Shown here: piece after piece, positions 26,129-37,920 of the stretch
Layout: every line of letters starts with the position of its first letter
Position numbering within the stretch: the first letter of the stretch is position 1
Origin: Gordius albopunctatus
Lineage: Eukaryota
DNA length: 64,000 bases
Assembly: GCA_964276515.1 (NCBI GenBank)
Contig: OZ193909.1
Location: 14,136,001 to 14,200,000 of the forward strand
Direction: 5' to 3'
Position numbers and translations under genes: made by a program
The notes under the pieces: model-generated
What the model saw: only the letters and a program-made list of their open reading frames with translations
What the model was told of the DNA's origin: nothing
The model's database searches: none

Positions 26129-27532
26129 AATGAGATGACCAAATATCAAATTTCAGTATTCCACTATTCATTCGTTAATATTAGGACATTGAACGAGCAT
26201 TGTTTTAAAGAACTCATACCTTTATTTAATCCAGACATGGTGAGTCTGGAGTTTTTCCAAGTTTTTGTTAGTGACGAAAATTTATCACTTCTCTTGCCGA
26301 CTTGTAAAAAAATCATTCGTCTTATAGTCCGTCGATGTCCTTTGGTCAGTCGAGGCTTTTTAGCATACGTGGATAAATGTCATCAAATGAGAGAATTGAA
26401 TTTGGAATTCGTAGATCCAAAAGCATTTGGTATTAACAATGTATTAGTGCCTAAACGGGTAACTCTAGCCGACCCTTCGAACGATTCATCTGAAACCGTG
26501 AAACACAATAATGACAATGATTTAAATAAGAGCACAATGAAAAAGGTTAGAAAATCTCTATTATCTTCACTCATTTCTGAAAGCTTTAGTTCATCCAGTC
26601 TCGCAACCCATACTAAAGGCAATCAGCCTAATTCCATTAGCAATTCCCATTCTAACGCTTCGATTTCACCAGGTAAATCAACTCAATCCGTCGCTAACAT
26701 GTTAGTCAAATATTGTTGTTCGGACCTCTATTCTCTGACACTCAGAGTTCACGATGATAGAAATAAAAGCTACGAACCTGTTGAGTCACCTGCTAACTAC
26801 GATTGGTGGTTAACTGATATCGGATTTGCATATATGAGTGAATGTTACACATACTTAAAGCGACTAGATGTAAATCATTGTCAAAATTTATCTGACGAGG
26901 CTCTGATAGCTTTGGCCGAAAATAGCAAAGGATTGATAGATATCACACTTAATGACGGCATACACTTTACCAATCGTGGTCTGCAGATTTTAGTTGACAA
27001 CTTGTCATCTCTTCAAGCCATAGACCTGAGTTATAATAGATCACTATCGGACGATTGTGTGGCTACCATAGCAACCAAATATGGATCTCAACTTTTTTCA
27101 CTAAAGTTGAATTATTGCTCAAGCCTCACCACATCCTTTTTTAAATACGTTTACTCCAAGTGCTTTAGTCTAACCAAATTTGAGATCATATGCACTTGCG
27201 TCGGAGCCCAAATTCTGAAAGCTAACAATGTATCACAATTGATTTTAGCTAGTATCCCTATTCTTCCAATTTGCTATAACAGGAGAATGCGACGTGCCCC
27301 TTGGTATTGCGACAATAATCCGCGTAGCATAAAGGATTATTCCAAAACTCTTTCCAACGACGAATTAATATTACCATTTTTTGTTAGATTTGGAGACAGT
27401 GCATCCAAAGATAACATACTTAATCAGTATGCAGTAAATAGGGATGAAATAGATGAATTACTAAGAATCATGGGATCCTCAGTCGTAGAAACGCGGAAAT
27501 ATTTTAGGCAATACGATCTACTTAATAGGTAG
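26129..27532 (+). CDS. Cysteine-containing LRR (FBXL/AMN1-like) protein, large exon
   Basis: 465-aa ORF with repeats such as LKRLDVNHCQNLSDEAL, LQAIDLSYNRSLSDDCV and LFSLKLNYCSSLTTSF; acceptor ctgtag| at 26128; possible donor AG|gtagta at 27528 just before the stop. Confidence 0.8.
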   Translation, partial: NEMTKYQISVFHYSFVNIRTLNEHCFKELIPLFNPDMVSLEFFQVFVSDENLSLLLPTCKKIIRLIVRRCPLVSRGFLAYVDKCHQMRELNLEFVDPKAFGINNVLVPKRVTLADPSNDSSETVKHNNDNDLNKSTMKKVRKSLLSSLISESFSSSSLATHTKGNQPNSISNSHSNASISPGKSTQSVANMLVKYCCSDLYSLTLRVHDDRNKSYEPVESPANYDWWLTDIGFAYMSECYTYLKRLDVNHCQNLSDEALIALAENSKGLIDITLNDGIHFTNRGLQILVDNLSSLQAIDLSYNRSLSDDCVATIATKYGSQLFSLKLNYCSSLTTSFFKYVYSKCFSLTKFEIICTCVGAQILKANNVSQLILASIPILPICYNRRMRRAPWYCDNNPRSIKDYSKTLSNDELILPFFVRFGDSASKDNILNQYAVNRDEIDELLRIMGSSVVETRKYFRQYDLLNR

Positions 27533-27740
27533 TAACAAATTTTAAAGATCAAATTTTTAATTTTTAAGCATTTATTCTATTAATACTAATAAGGAGGGAG
27601 GGCTTTTGAATAATTCAGAATTTTATTTTTTTAATGTAAACAAAATAATTTTCATTATATTATGATTAAAATACCATTGATAATCCTGATTTTTAAATTC
27701 TTTTATATTTAATTAGAATAATAATTTATACTATTTGCAG

Positions 27741-30700
27741 GAGCAAAATTATTGTTATTGAAGATCCAGAGTACACTAAAAGATATTTGATAAGTTTTCA
27801 AAAGATCGTTCGCTCCAAAGGGTTTTCCGAAGTTTTATATACTAAAGAAAATCAATTAACGATAATGCTCTGGTGGCCACAATTGAAAATTGGTATACTT
27901 ACTTTAAATGATAGTGTAGCATTTTTGATTTCAACATATAATAAACACTTTAAACAATAACTCAACTTTTTAATTAAGGGAACCAAATGAGTCTCTTAGA
28001 TGATGATATATGGTTTTCCGAAAGAAGACTGATATATGAAATTTGGATATACACAATTAATCAAGTTTGTCTCATGATCTCTTAAGGAAATAAATTATTT
28101 TCTTTATATAGAAAAATTGTTTTGTTCAAGAATATATTGCATCGAATGAAACCAATTACATAATTATAACGGACCCCCTAGCTGACTATAATAAGCTCCT
28201 GCTATCAACGGCGCAATCAATACAAATAAAAGTAATACATATATAAATATATATGGTCATTAATAATAACAAATTTATAAAAAGCTGTTTATATTTGGAA
28301 AATTTAATACTAACGTGGCTTTATGCGCCATTTGACCTAGGTAAGACTCAACCTTATATGGCACCTCGAGGGCAAAAATACATACATGGGCGTAGCCGAG
28401 GGGGGGGGGGGCAGGAGGGGGGCGGCTGCCCCCTCTAAATCCAAAAATTTGCTGAAATTTATTAAAATTATGGCTAAAAGGGCTAAAAATTATCATTTTG
28501 CCCCTCCCTAAATCATTATTGCCCCCCCCCTCTAAATCAAATCCTGGCTACGCTCATGAATACATACATATATATAGGCAAAGGTCGGGATAAAAAATGT
28601 TTATTTTATTAATTATAAAGAAGCAAAAACTTATTATTTACCTCTCCTTAAATAAATTTAAAAAATATACGACTCTAAATATTCAATATTCTTTAATCAA
28701 ACAACTGGCAGATAGACACTTATGAAACTAAGTAATTTTAAACATTGTCCAAATTATCCACTACCTTTTACTAGCAACAAATAAAGTTTATCTAGCGCAA
28801 AAATGGCTTATCTGTAGCAAATGTATCGCCTAATAAATTCATCTAATCAGTACGCAGTAACTAATAGCTTTGTCGTCTTTATATAGGCTTTTAGCTTTAA
28901 AGCGGATATTATAGTTAAATAGATCAATTGTTAATGTTATATTACCCGAGTTAATTCAAGTAGGCCTACTTTATGACCGTGCCTAAACTTTTCTAAGTTA
29001 ACAAAACCAATACAGTTTTGGCTGTCAAAAAAACGTCTCAATAAAATTCTTGCGTGATTGAATTTGCAATCAGCATTAAAAAGAAAATTTCAATTTGTTT
29101 AAGATTTTTGATTAAAATTTTAATGACGTCTTGTTTTTGTTCAAAGTATAAAAAGGTAAGAACCTTACAAGATTTAAAAAAATTTAAAATGGCAGATAAA
29201 ATCTAAATTTTTTTATTTTGGTTGATACTATATACGTCAGTTTCATTGCTATTTAATTAAATGTTCAAATATAAATAATTAAATGATTCATCCAGTGCAA
29301 GATAGCTAGATAATTTAGATATATTGTCATTTAAATATAAGGCTATTTGTTAGCATAAACCGGCTTAGCAATGACAACATTTTAGTTATTATTAAATGTA
29401 TCTCTAGTATAGGTTACTAGCCTATCAGTAACCTAACTTTAAGTAGCGATCTATATCATCCGTAACTTTGTAGCGCTATAACCTATTTTTATTTTTATTT
29501 CAATATATTAGAATCCAGGGTGTACATTCTTGATGGTAGAGATTGATGAAGATAATCCTTTGTCCAAAATAAATTTGGACCCAGACGTTATACCAAGATC
29601 AAGAAAGCTTTGTGACCAAATGCAAAATTTATTTAAAGACCTTGAAAATAAAATTAACGAGCAAATCGATTTTATTAAGTATTGAATAAAAGTTAACGTA
29701 GAAACCTTTTTTAATTAACGTTTAGAGAATATGTTACATCCTTGATGTGCCAAAAGTATTGCATGAAACTTTCCTACATGCTAGTCAATTTGCCCAAACT
29801 CGTATCCATCAAATGCGATGTGTCAAATCATGATGAAACGGTAAGGTGGCTCTTTTATTAAAACATCGAGAATCTTTAATTTTTAAGCACATAAAAGATT
29901 AATGATACTTCGAAGTTCAGAAAGATATGCATCTATATATATATAAATCTAAGTCCTTTTTTTTGAACGCTAATAACCTTTAGAGTTCTCAACCGATTGC
30001 CACCAAATTTGGCCAGATTATTGCCTTAGCATTGTAGAAGGTTTATAGATACTTTTTATCACACTACGACAGCGGGAACCATGTTTTTTAATTTGGTTGG
30101 CGCCATCTAGCGGATTATTTATACTGCGTTGTTTGTACTTATTTATCGTTATGGTGCTACTTTTTGCCTTAAACTTTTTTCCATGATTGCTTTGTCATTT
30201 GTGTCTCAATTATTTACTCAACTACGTCCGTTTTTTTTAAAATATATAAATCTTTAACCAATAAATATTCTAGATACCGTAATACATCACCATATACTTA
30301 AATAAATATAACGCGCGCTTTTAGAAACGTTTCCACGTTTCGTGATTTTTTGCTATTTTTACGAAGTTTTTTTATATTACAACTTTCCCTTTTTTCTTAA
30401 TTTGTAAGGCTTGGAGGCCAAAGGTTGTTAGGGTGGTTGTCGCAATGGAACCAAAAATTATAGTATTGTTAATTTCAGAGTAATTGAAAATTTCCAGTGG
30501 ACAGGGGATATTTGTTGTGATAAGATGGGGCGAATACGTCAGTACATCTATAATTCTATGCTAAAATGAGTCCTTTTTCCCAAGCGCCTATAGATTGGCC
30601 AACGGGTTGTTTGCTATCTTCACAGAGGCCTGTGAGTTCAAGAATAGAGGGGATATTATTAGTTTGTTAACCGCGGTATGTCAAAGATACCGGGCTTTGT

Positions 30701-33700
30701 TGCTATTACAGTGTAGACCATGATGGCCATTCGATTTTAGGGAATTATTGCAAAGTTAAGAAATTTTTCAGCAACTATTTTGTCATAACCTTAGGCCTCG
30801 GATATCGTTGTTCAAGAATAGTAGACCGAGGTTACGACTTGGGAAAGCTTCGGGTCATTCGTGACCTGAGCGTGGAGCTAAGCTCCTAAGCGCTGGAAGT
30901 TCCTCTGCCGAAGCGCCATTAATAAGAGACTTTAAGAGGCACTCGGACAGGGGGCCATTCCAACACTTTTGATCAGGGGTTTGATAGATTGTAAACGACT
31001 TCATTAAACCAAATTTTAAGGTGTTTTTCTACTATCTCTTCATTTTATTACTGTAGATTTTAGGCTATGACGATACAAAACTAACTATACACGCATTACT
31101 AAAATTTATCTCTGAATTGTCAAACATTATCATCATTGTCAAACATTATCATTGACTTTTGCATATGTCACTCAACTATGCATGTTATCGCTAAACAATT
31201 TAAAACTGTTATAAATCTATTTGATTAATAATAAATATGGCTTTTTTTATTAAGCTAATATTAATTTGCATAATAAAAAAATATATTTTTTCACATCACA
31301 AACTCTCTTTCAGCTGACCTAAATTCTTTCATATATTTTCTATTTTTAGGTACCAATTATTTAGCCAAATAAGTACTAAGCCAAAGCAAGGCTTGGCCGG
31401 GTACAGCTAGTAAATTTATAAATTCTTTAAAATTAAAATTACCACGCGAAAGGTATATCTCGTTCATAATGTTGGCCGTTTTATGGCAAATACTTTTTCA
31501 ATACATTCTTACATTTATAAATACTTGCTAATTGTGATTCTCTAGGGTTGTGCTTCTGTGGGAACGAGGATATTACACAGCCTACATGACATTCATGCCA
31601 ATCGATACAATATAAACTCGGTCCAGCATCAAAGTGAGAGCGATGATGATGATTTATCGGACATTAGTAGAGACCCAGATGAATTTGATACACCCATTGA
31701 TCAAACAATGAATGTACAAACAGTTCTATTGCTGTGTGAAATTGTTAAGCTTCGTGCCACTCATATGTTTGTAGTACCGCTGGAACCGTATAAAGAATTA
31801 TGGAAACAAGAATGTTTTTATCATGACCATTCTGCCCTCCTTAAAGGACTGACAATTTTAGAAGGCAAAGTATTATGAATATTCTATTTATTAATACATG
31901 CATCTGATTGCCTATAATATAGAAATATTCATAAATGTTATATTTATATAACTAAAACACTTTCTTTATCATATATCACAATTGTAAAATAAGGGTAAAG
32001 CTAAATAGTTTTTAATCATTGCTTTTATTTATAACATCTGAATAAATATTTGAACGAAATGAATGCGATAACTATATAATTAGAAGAAATAAAACTTAAA
32101 TAATACAATATTTGTCATATATATGTGCAACTATATGGCATTCACCTTTACAAAATTTTAAAAACATGAGTGTTTTTAATTAAAGTGGCTTGATCTTGAG
32201 GTGTTAGAGTCCGCCTTTTTTATTTTTATTCAAATGATCATTGTAACAATCAAGGCTTAAACACCGGTGCTTATTTTATGCGAAACATCCCATACTTTTA
32301 ATAAAAATATTTCACTGACTTTCTAATTTTAAAAAAGCAATGAAGATTATTTTAGCGCATAAATAATATGAAGTAAGGTAATGGATGGAGGGATATTGAG
32401 ATCGCTATGCATATGATATATTCAAATTAAATTCATAAAAAGTTTACAATTGGTGTAATTGTTTCCTTTTGTTAATTAAACTAAAGTTAAATATTCATTC
32501 ATAATTCTTTAAACTAAAAATTAGGTTTAAGTGAAAGTTTAAAAGCAGCTATAAATTTCCAACTTTATTTCAATGAAATTAATCTTATGTAATATATTAC
32601 AAAGGGTGTCATTGAACTATTTCGTTTTTCGGATACCTTTACCAAGCAAGAAAAATCACAAATAAAGGCCATAATATTAAGTCCGTTAAAATATTCTCTA
32701 CTCATTTCTCGGTTGAAATTTTGGAAAACTTTGCCTAACGGATCTTTTCCAATCAATTACCACCCACCCCCTTTAATGCATTTAACGCGCAGTTCCGCAT
32801 ATAGCGATTCGGAAGAAAGCGACGATAGTCAGAGTTTAGACAACGAAACGGAAGTAAAAACTTAGCTTATTATATATAAATTTTATTCTTAATTTTATGA
32901 AACCTTACACCTGTAATTTCATTATATATATAGAATCTATAATTTTTCATTGAGATTTACTTTGCGAATTAATAATAAAAATTTACCTCACCTTAATGAG
33001 TTTGGCAATTACAGAGTTATCAAGCTAACTTGTCACTCCTCGAAACTTATGGAAATGACTTTAGTAACAAGACTTAAAAACGAGGTGATATGAGCTAAGC
33101 AATTCGGATTTGGGCCAATCCACAATTGTCCGAATCTTTGCACTGAGACAAATTATGGATAAATAAAAAAGAGAAGAGACCTACATATGGTCTTTATCGA
33201 CTTCGAGAAAGCCTATGAAACGATCCCTTACGTACATGTACGACTTATGAAATATCAAGTTCGTGCGTCATTCTAAATCTTTTGGGGTCAAAATTGGATT
33301 CCATCTTGGATCTACTCTAAGACCCTATTTATTTAAAATAATTATGGACACGATAACGAGAGTCATTCAAAAGCCATCTCCTCTGTGTATGATATATGTC
33401 GATGACATAGTAATCTGCGAAGAGACAAAGGAGAAAGTATTTGAAGAAGCTCAAAGCGCTTGATTCAATATAGTTTAAAGGTCAACGATTGAAAAACGGT
33501 ATACATGGAGAGGATCGTTACAGGTGGCACCCCATTGCTAGATGACCATCTAAAATGCACAAATAAACAGTGTATACCTCATTTCAATGCTACACCAAAA
33601 GAAAGGTTGTTCAAAAGAAGTAAATGAACAAATCAGCTGTAATTTACGACAAGATGATGCTACTATTAAAGAGCAAAGCTTACAAATCAATCGTAAGATA

Positions 33701-35369
33701 AGTGTTATTCTCTGGAAGTGAAACATGGGCATTAGACGGTACAGAAGAAATATTATTAAAAGCCACGGAGATGTGAATTATACGGTGGAAGTTAGGGCAT
33801 ACTAAAATCGACCATATGAAAAAGTACAATTTTAAACGTTATTCAATCCAGGGCTGACTTGATTAACAAAAATCGACTAAGGTGGCATAAATAAAATCGG
33901 CAAGGGTGGTATAGTCATGTACTAAGAAGAGAGACGAATGATGTAAATCGAAAATTATTACAGAGATGTGCTGGGGAAGAGAAGAGGACGACCTCGTGTT
34001 ACGTGGGAAGGGCAATTTGACAAATTTATTAAAACTAAGGAGATAAATCAGGACACGGCGCTAACCCAGTCAAGATGGAAGAAACATAAAACAAACCCCA
34101 CGATTGTAAGACCTATACATGATAAAAAGAAGGATTGATTGGTAGAAGATAAATATAGAGAACATCTATATTAATAAACGGAACTGAATCTCAATAAAAC
34201 CCTTAATTTATAAATACGATTATTTTAATCGCGTCTTTATGTTTTTTTAAAGATTTTATGCTTAACTTGTACTCCTCAAAAAGTCAATGGGTATGTTTTT
34301 AATAAAACAGGAGGTGGAAATGTATCTTCACATTCTCTTTAAATATGGATTGCGCAAAAAACCATTTGGAGAAAAGGCGATTACCAAACACAAAAGGATC
34401 TATTATCACTATTTAAATCTCAAGGAAAAAATTGTAATCACCGATTTTTATAATATTTAAATTTTAACGGATTATATTACTAATAAAAGTTTACAAATAA
34501 AATGTATTTATGACTTAATTGATTTATCAGTTAGTATATGTTATAATTTGTTAGAAATATAAATATCAATATAATAGTTTTTATTTTATTATTTATAGAT
34601 ACTTAAAACAATCTCTAATTAAGTTTTATGTTATTGTTGCATCAGCACAACTTACATATCAATAGGATATCGATGACTTGGTTATACAAATTTTGGCTTC
34701 CTCAAAACACAATCCTCATGTCTTACCTGCTAAATTTTATCATTAACGAAATTATATATAACTCCGAACGGGCTTGTCTCATAGAGGAATCTACCTTAAT
34801 GATCAAAGAGGACGAGGTATTTGCCTATTGTAATGATGATTTTTTCAAATCACTTCTCTAGATGTTTTTAGTAATATCGTTGAGAGATAGCCAAGTTATG
34901 ATCGAAATTATGGAGTGTTACAAATCTATTGACGACACGCAAGAAGCTGAAATTATCCATAAAGTTTGCCAAAAAATGGCAACCGTTCTACTCGAAATCG
35001 AACGATTTTTACAATTGTACCCGGGTTGCTTTTATACGGTAAATTAATAGCTTTTGTCATATATTTCTTTCTAGATTTATTTTGGGTGCAATGATTCCAA
35101 CTCTAGCGGAAGATTAAACTTTTTGTACAATATATACAAGAAAACATTTGATAAAAACCGCCCTGTTGCCGATATATTGATGGAGGAATGCAGAAATGTT
35201 AAAGATTTTTACCAAACTCATCAAGAAAATTCTTTAAACACCGTCGAAAAATCAAAAATTATGAGGCACATAACCGATATTATCAAAGGTATATTACCCT
35301 GTTTAATATTAACTCACATAAATCAATAAGCCGTTTTTAGGCTTAAATCCTTATTTCTATAATCGATAA
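27741..35369 (+). CDS. Uncharacterised multi-exon coding region, probably the C-terminal part of the LRR gene
   Basis: Phase-compatible open GT-AG exons 27741-27891, 27979-28064, 29512-29678, 29726-29840, 31546-~31870, 32604-32852, then ~34624-34816, 34862-35038, 35075-35288 and 35341-35369. The link between 32852 and 34624 is unresolved, and I recognise no domain. Confidence 0.55.
28385..28558 (+). mobile_element. hAT-type MITE (CATGGGCGTAGCC family)
   Basis: TIRs catgggcgtagcc / ggctacgctcatg; perfect 8-bp TSD aatacata. Confidence 0.9.
29932..31410 (+). mobile_element. Non-autonomous Helitron-like element containing a CRE fragment
   Basis: A|TCTATATATATA 5' end; 3' hairpin gccaaagc-aag-gcttggc, then CTAG|T; no TSD. 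Confidence 0.75.
30400..30970 (-). pseudogene. Decayed CRE-like retrotransposon fragment
   Basis: Minus-strand translation QKCWNGPL..RSGHE*PEAFPS..NGHHGLHC..AWEKG..YRCTDVFAPSY is collinear with the 18255-19349 element. Confidence 0.65.
32995..34133 (+). mobile_element. 5'-truncated, deletion-riddled RTE copy
   Basis: Collinear with 15335-16570 (ggcaattacagag..atcaagctaacttg, gtcaacgat..aaaaacggtatacatgga, caagatggaagaaac); YVDD at the RT site. Confidence 0.85.
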
Positions 35370-35617
35370 AGCTATCTATGTAAATCAAGAAATATTAAAG
35401 GTTTAAACTTTGAGACGATTAAATTCATTTTAAGCCATATAAGCCTATAATCTATGCTTACACTTTTAGCACACCGCTGCCGTTCCTTGATGTACAAATA
35501 ATTCCCCTGATTTTTAAACACTTACCATACATGACTGCATTCTTTAAAACCGCACGTTTTAGTGGTTATACTTAAACTATTTTAATCTATACGTGAAATT
35601 TGTAATCAGCCTCGAAA

Positions 35618-35760
35618 CTAGAGGGTGGGGCAATAATGCTTTAAGGAGGGGCAAAATGATAATTTTTTAAAATTTAAGCCTTAATTATATTCTATTTTGG
35701 CGAATTTTGGATTTAGAGGGGAGCAGCCGCTGCTCCCTGGCATTCCCTGGCTACATCCAT
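35618..35760 (-). mobile_element. hAT-type MITE (CATGGGCGTAGCC family), partial
   Basis: Reverse complement of the family core, ending ggctacatccat. Confidence 0.6.
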
Positions 35761-36244
35761 TATCCCATTTTTTCTGTAGTGTTGGTATTTGTTAATCCTA
35801 CCAAAACTATAATGAATCGGGAGATTAATTAACTAGGAGGCTATGTTATGCAGCCAAAAGAGAGGAGGGTGATATATCATACTGTGAGTGGGGAGAAGCA
35901 ACATAGAAGCGGGGCAAAAAAAGACGTGAGGACATTAGATGGACAAGCGAAAACAGTTACAGCTACGGACCAGCAAGCAAAAAGAGCACTTGTTATTTTA
36001 TGAGATTGATTATACAGTGGATGCTGTAATATAACGACAAATTCAAGTAGATTAAAGATATAATACAGATGCCTGAAAGTAATTTTAAATATGTGGTATT
36101 TGATGAAAAGGGGAATCAGATGATGCGACATAAGAATCTATTTAAAAAAGGGTGCAATCAATTTTATAAAATATGAAAGGCTCTTTCTCCTCGGTGTTCC
36201 GCAGTGATGATTCTTTATGTTTGTCCAAATTCTGTCCTCATGTC

Positions 36245-36412
36245 CATGGGTGTAGCCAAGGGGGGAGGGCAGGGAGGGGCGGCTGTCCCCCTATAAATCC
36301 TAGAATTTGTTTAAATTTATTAAAATTATGTCTAAAATTTTGAAAAAGGATTATTTTGCCTAAATAATTATTGCCCCCCCCCTCTCTAATCCCAATGCTG
36401 GCGACGCCCGTT
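36245..36412 (+). mobile_element. hAT-type MITE (CATGGGCGTAGCC family)
   Basis: catgggtgtagcc...ggcgacgcccgtt; TSD ctcatgtc / ctcatatc. Confidence 0.8.
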
Positions 36413-36664
36413 CTCATATCTTTGTTCGTTTAGCGCCTAAGTTGTGTTTTCCCACCATCTCCTTTCTAGCAGTCTTACTTGACCTTTTTCTAATTGCCTT
36501 GTCAAACCTTTTTATTTCCGTTTAGTTTACCAAATGCACAGCACATAGTAATGAAAACATTGTAAATATTGGATAAAACTCAGCTTTATAATTCACTATA
36601 TTTTTTTCGATCATAGAAGTTCTAATTTAATTAAACTTATTTCTATTTTATTTAAATCTATTTT

Positions 36665-36706
36665 ACTTATCTGACGATGTCCTCTATGAGGACGAAATAT
36701 TATATT
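36665..36706 (+). ncRNA. Minimal type I hammerhead-like motif (Penelope-type), probably degenerate
   Basis: CTGACGA-T-GTCCTC-tat-GAGGAC-GAAA at 36671-36697; helices I and III are weak. Confidence 0.45.
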
Positions 36707-37263
36707 TACTACAATAATTTTTTAACACCCTCGACAATTCCCGAAAACATATCTATGAAGAACATTAATTATGAGGGTAAAAATCTTCTTAAAGTTCTAA
36801 TATGTTGTGTTTATTCTTAAACATCGTAAGTTATAGCTTCTTTGTGGAATTTTATCAAAAATCATTTAAATAATAAACTTATATAAATTTTTTTAGGAAA
36901 AAATGTTAAAGACTTCCGAATGTGGATACAAGATATTGCTGCATTGAATAATACAGCCGACCATAAATCTACTCTGTGAATTATAAATAATATAACGTGA
37001 TCCTTTATAATGCTTGTTCGATATACTATTATTGGATAAATTTGCCGCACGCCTATCACCTATCACACAAAAATTAATTTTAGAAATAAACATAACAATG
37101 TTATTTATCACTTAAAAACTTTATATTTAGTCAGGGTTATAATTTAGAAAGGCTGTTTAAATGAAATCTAAAGTGTAAGAATATCTAAAATAATGACCTA
37201 AGAAATCTGTATAAGCTTAAGATGTATATGTATTCATCAAATATTTGAGAATTTTATAAACAA

Positions 37264-37578
37264 CTAGATGAACCCGGCAAACGTCGGGTGTATTAAATTA
37301 TGTTGCAATTTTAGGGCATATATGATGATAAAGCGGTTATTGAAGTAAAAATAAAGTTTGATGTCTATATGTTCTACTTCTATTATTCTATCGTATACAG
37401 TGCAACGCGTACGAATACTCGAAAACTACTGGACCGATTTGGCTCGAACAAATCTTAAAACATGCTCCGTAGTGTCAGGAATAAACTGTGAAATTTTGAG
37501 CCAAATCGGTCTGGTAGTTTTCCAAAATTAGTGGCGACATATATACACACACAGATAGTTTCATTTTTATATATAAGA
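37264..37578 (-). mobile_element. Short Helitron-like element
   Basis: Minus strand starts A|TCTTATATATAAAA with a TG microsatellite and ends ccgacgtttgccgggttcatCTAG|T. Confidence 0.7.
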
Positions 37579-37920
37579 TAGCATTTTATGACTAATTTTT
37601 TTATTGTTATTTCTTTCTATAATTTGAAACGATTATAGTTCTACAAATAATAGGCACGGAATAAATAATATCAAAAAATAAAATGTTGTTAACATATAAT
37701 TTTTCACATACCATATAATTTTTAGCATAAACTTCTATAACTAATGTGTCTGATATGTTTATTTTAAATCTAATCAAGTTTGTGACAAAAATAAACAAAT
37801 TTAAATTGCTCACATTTATATTGAATTTCGATATTTCTCCTCTAAAGTTTTAAAATGTATCGCTGGTCATGGCTCTTCTATATTTATAACTTATTAATAC
37901 CGCTTAAAATATAAAAATGG

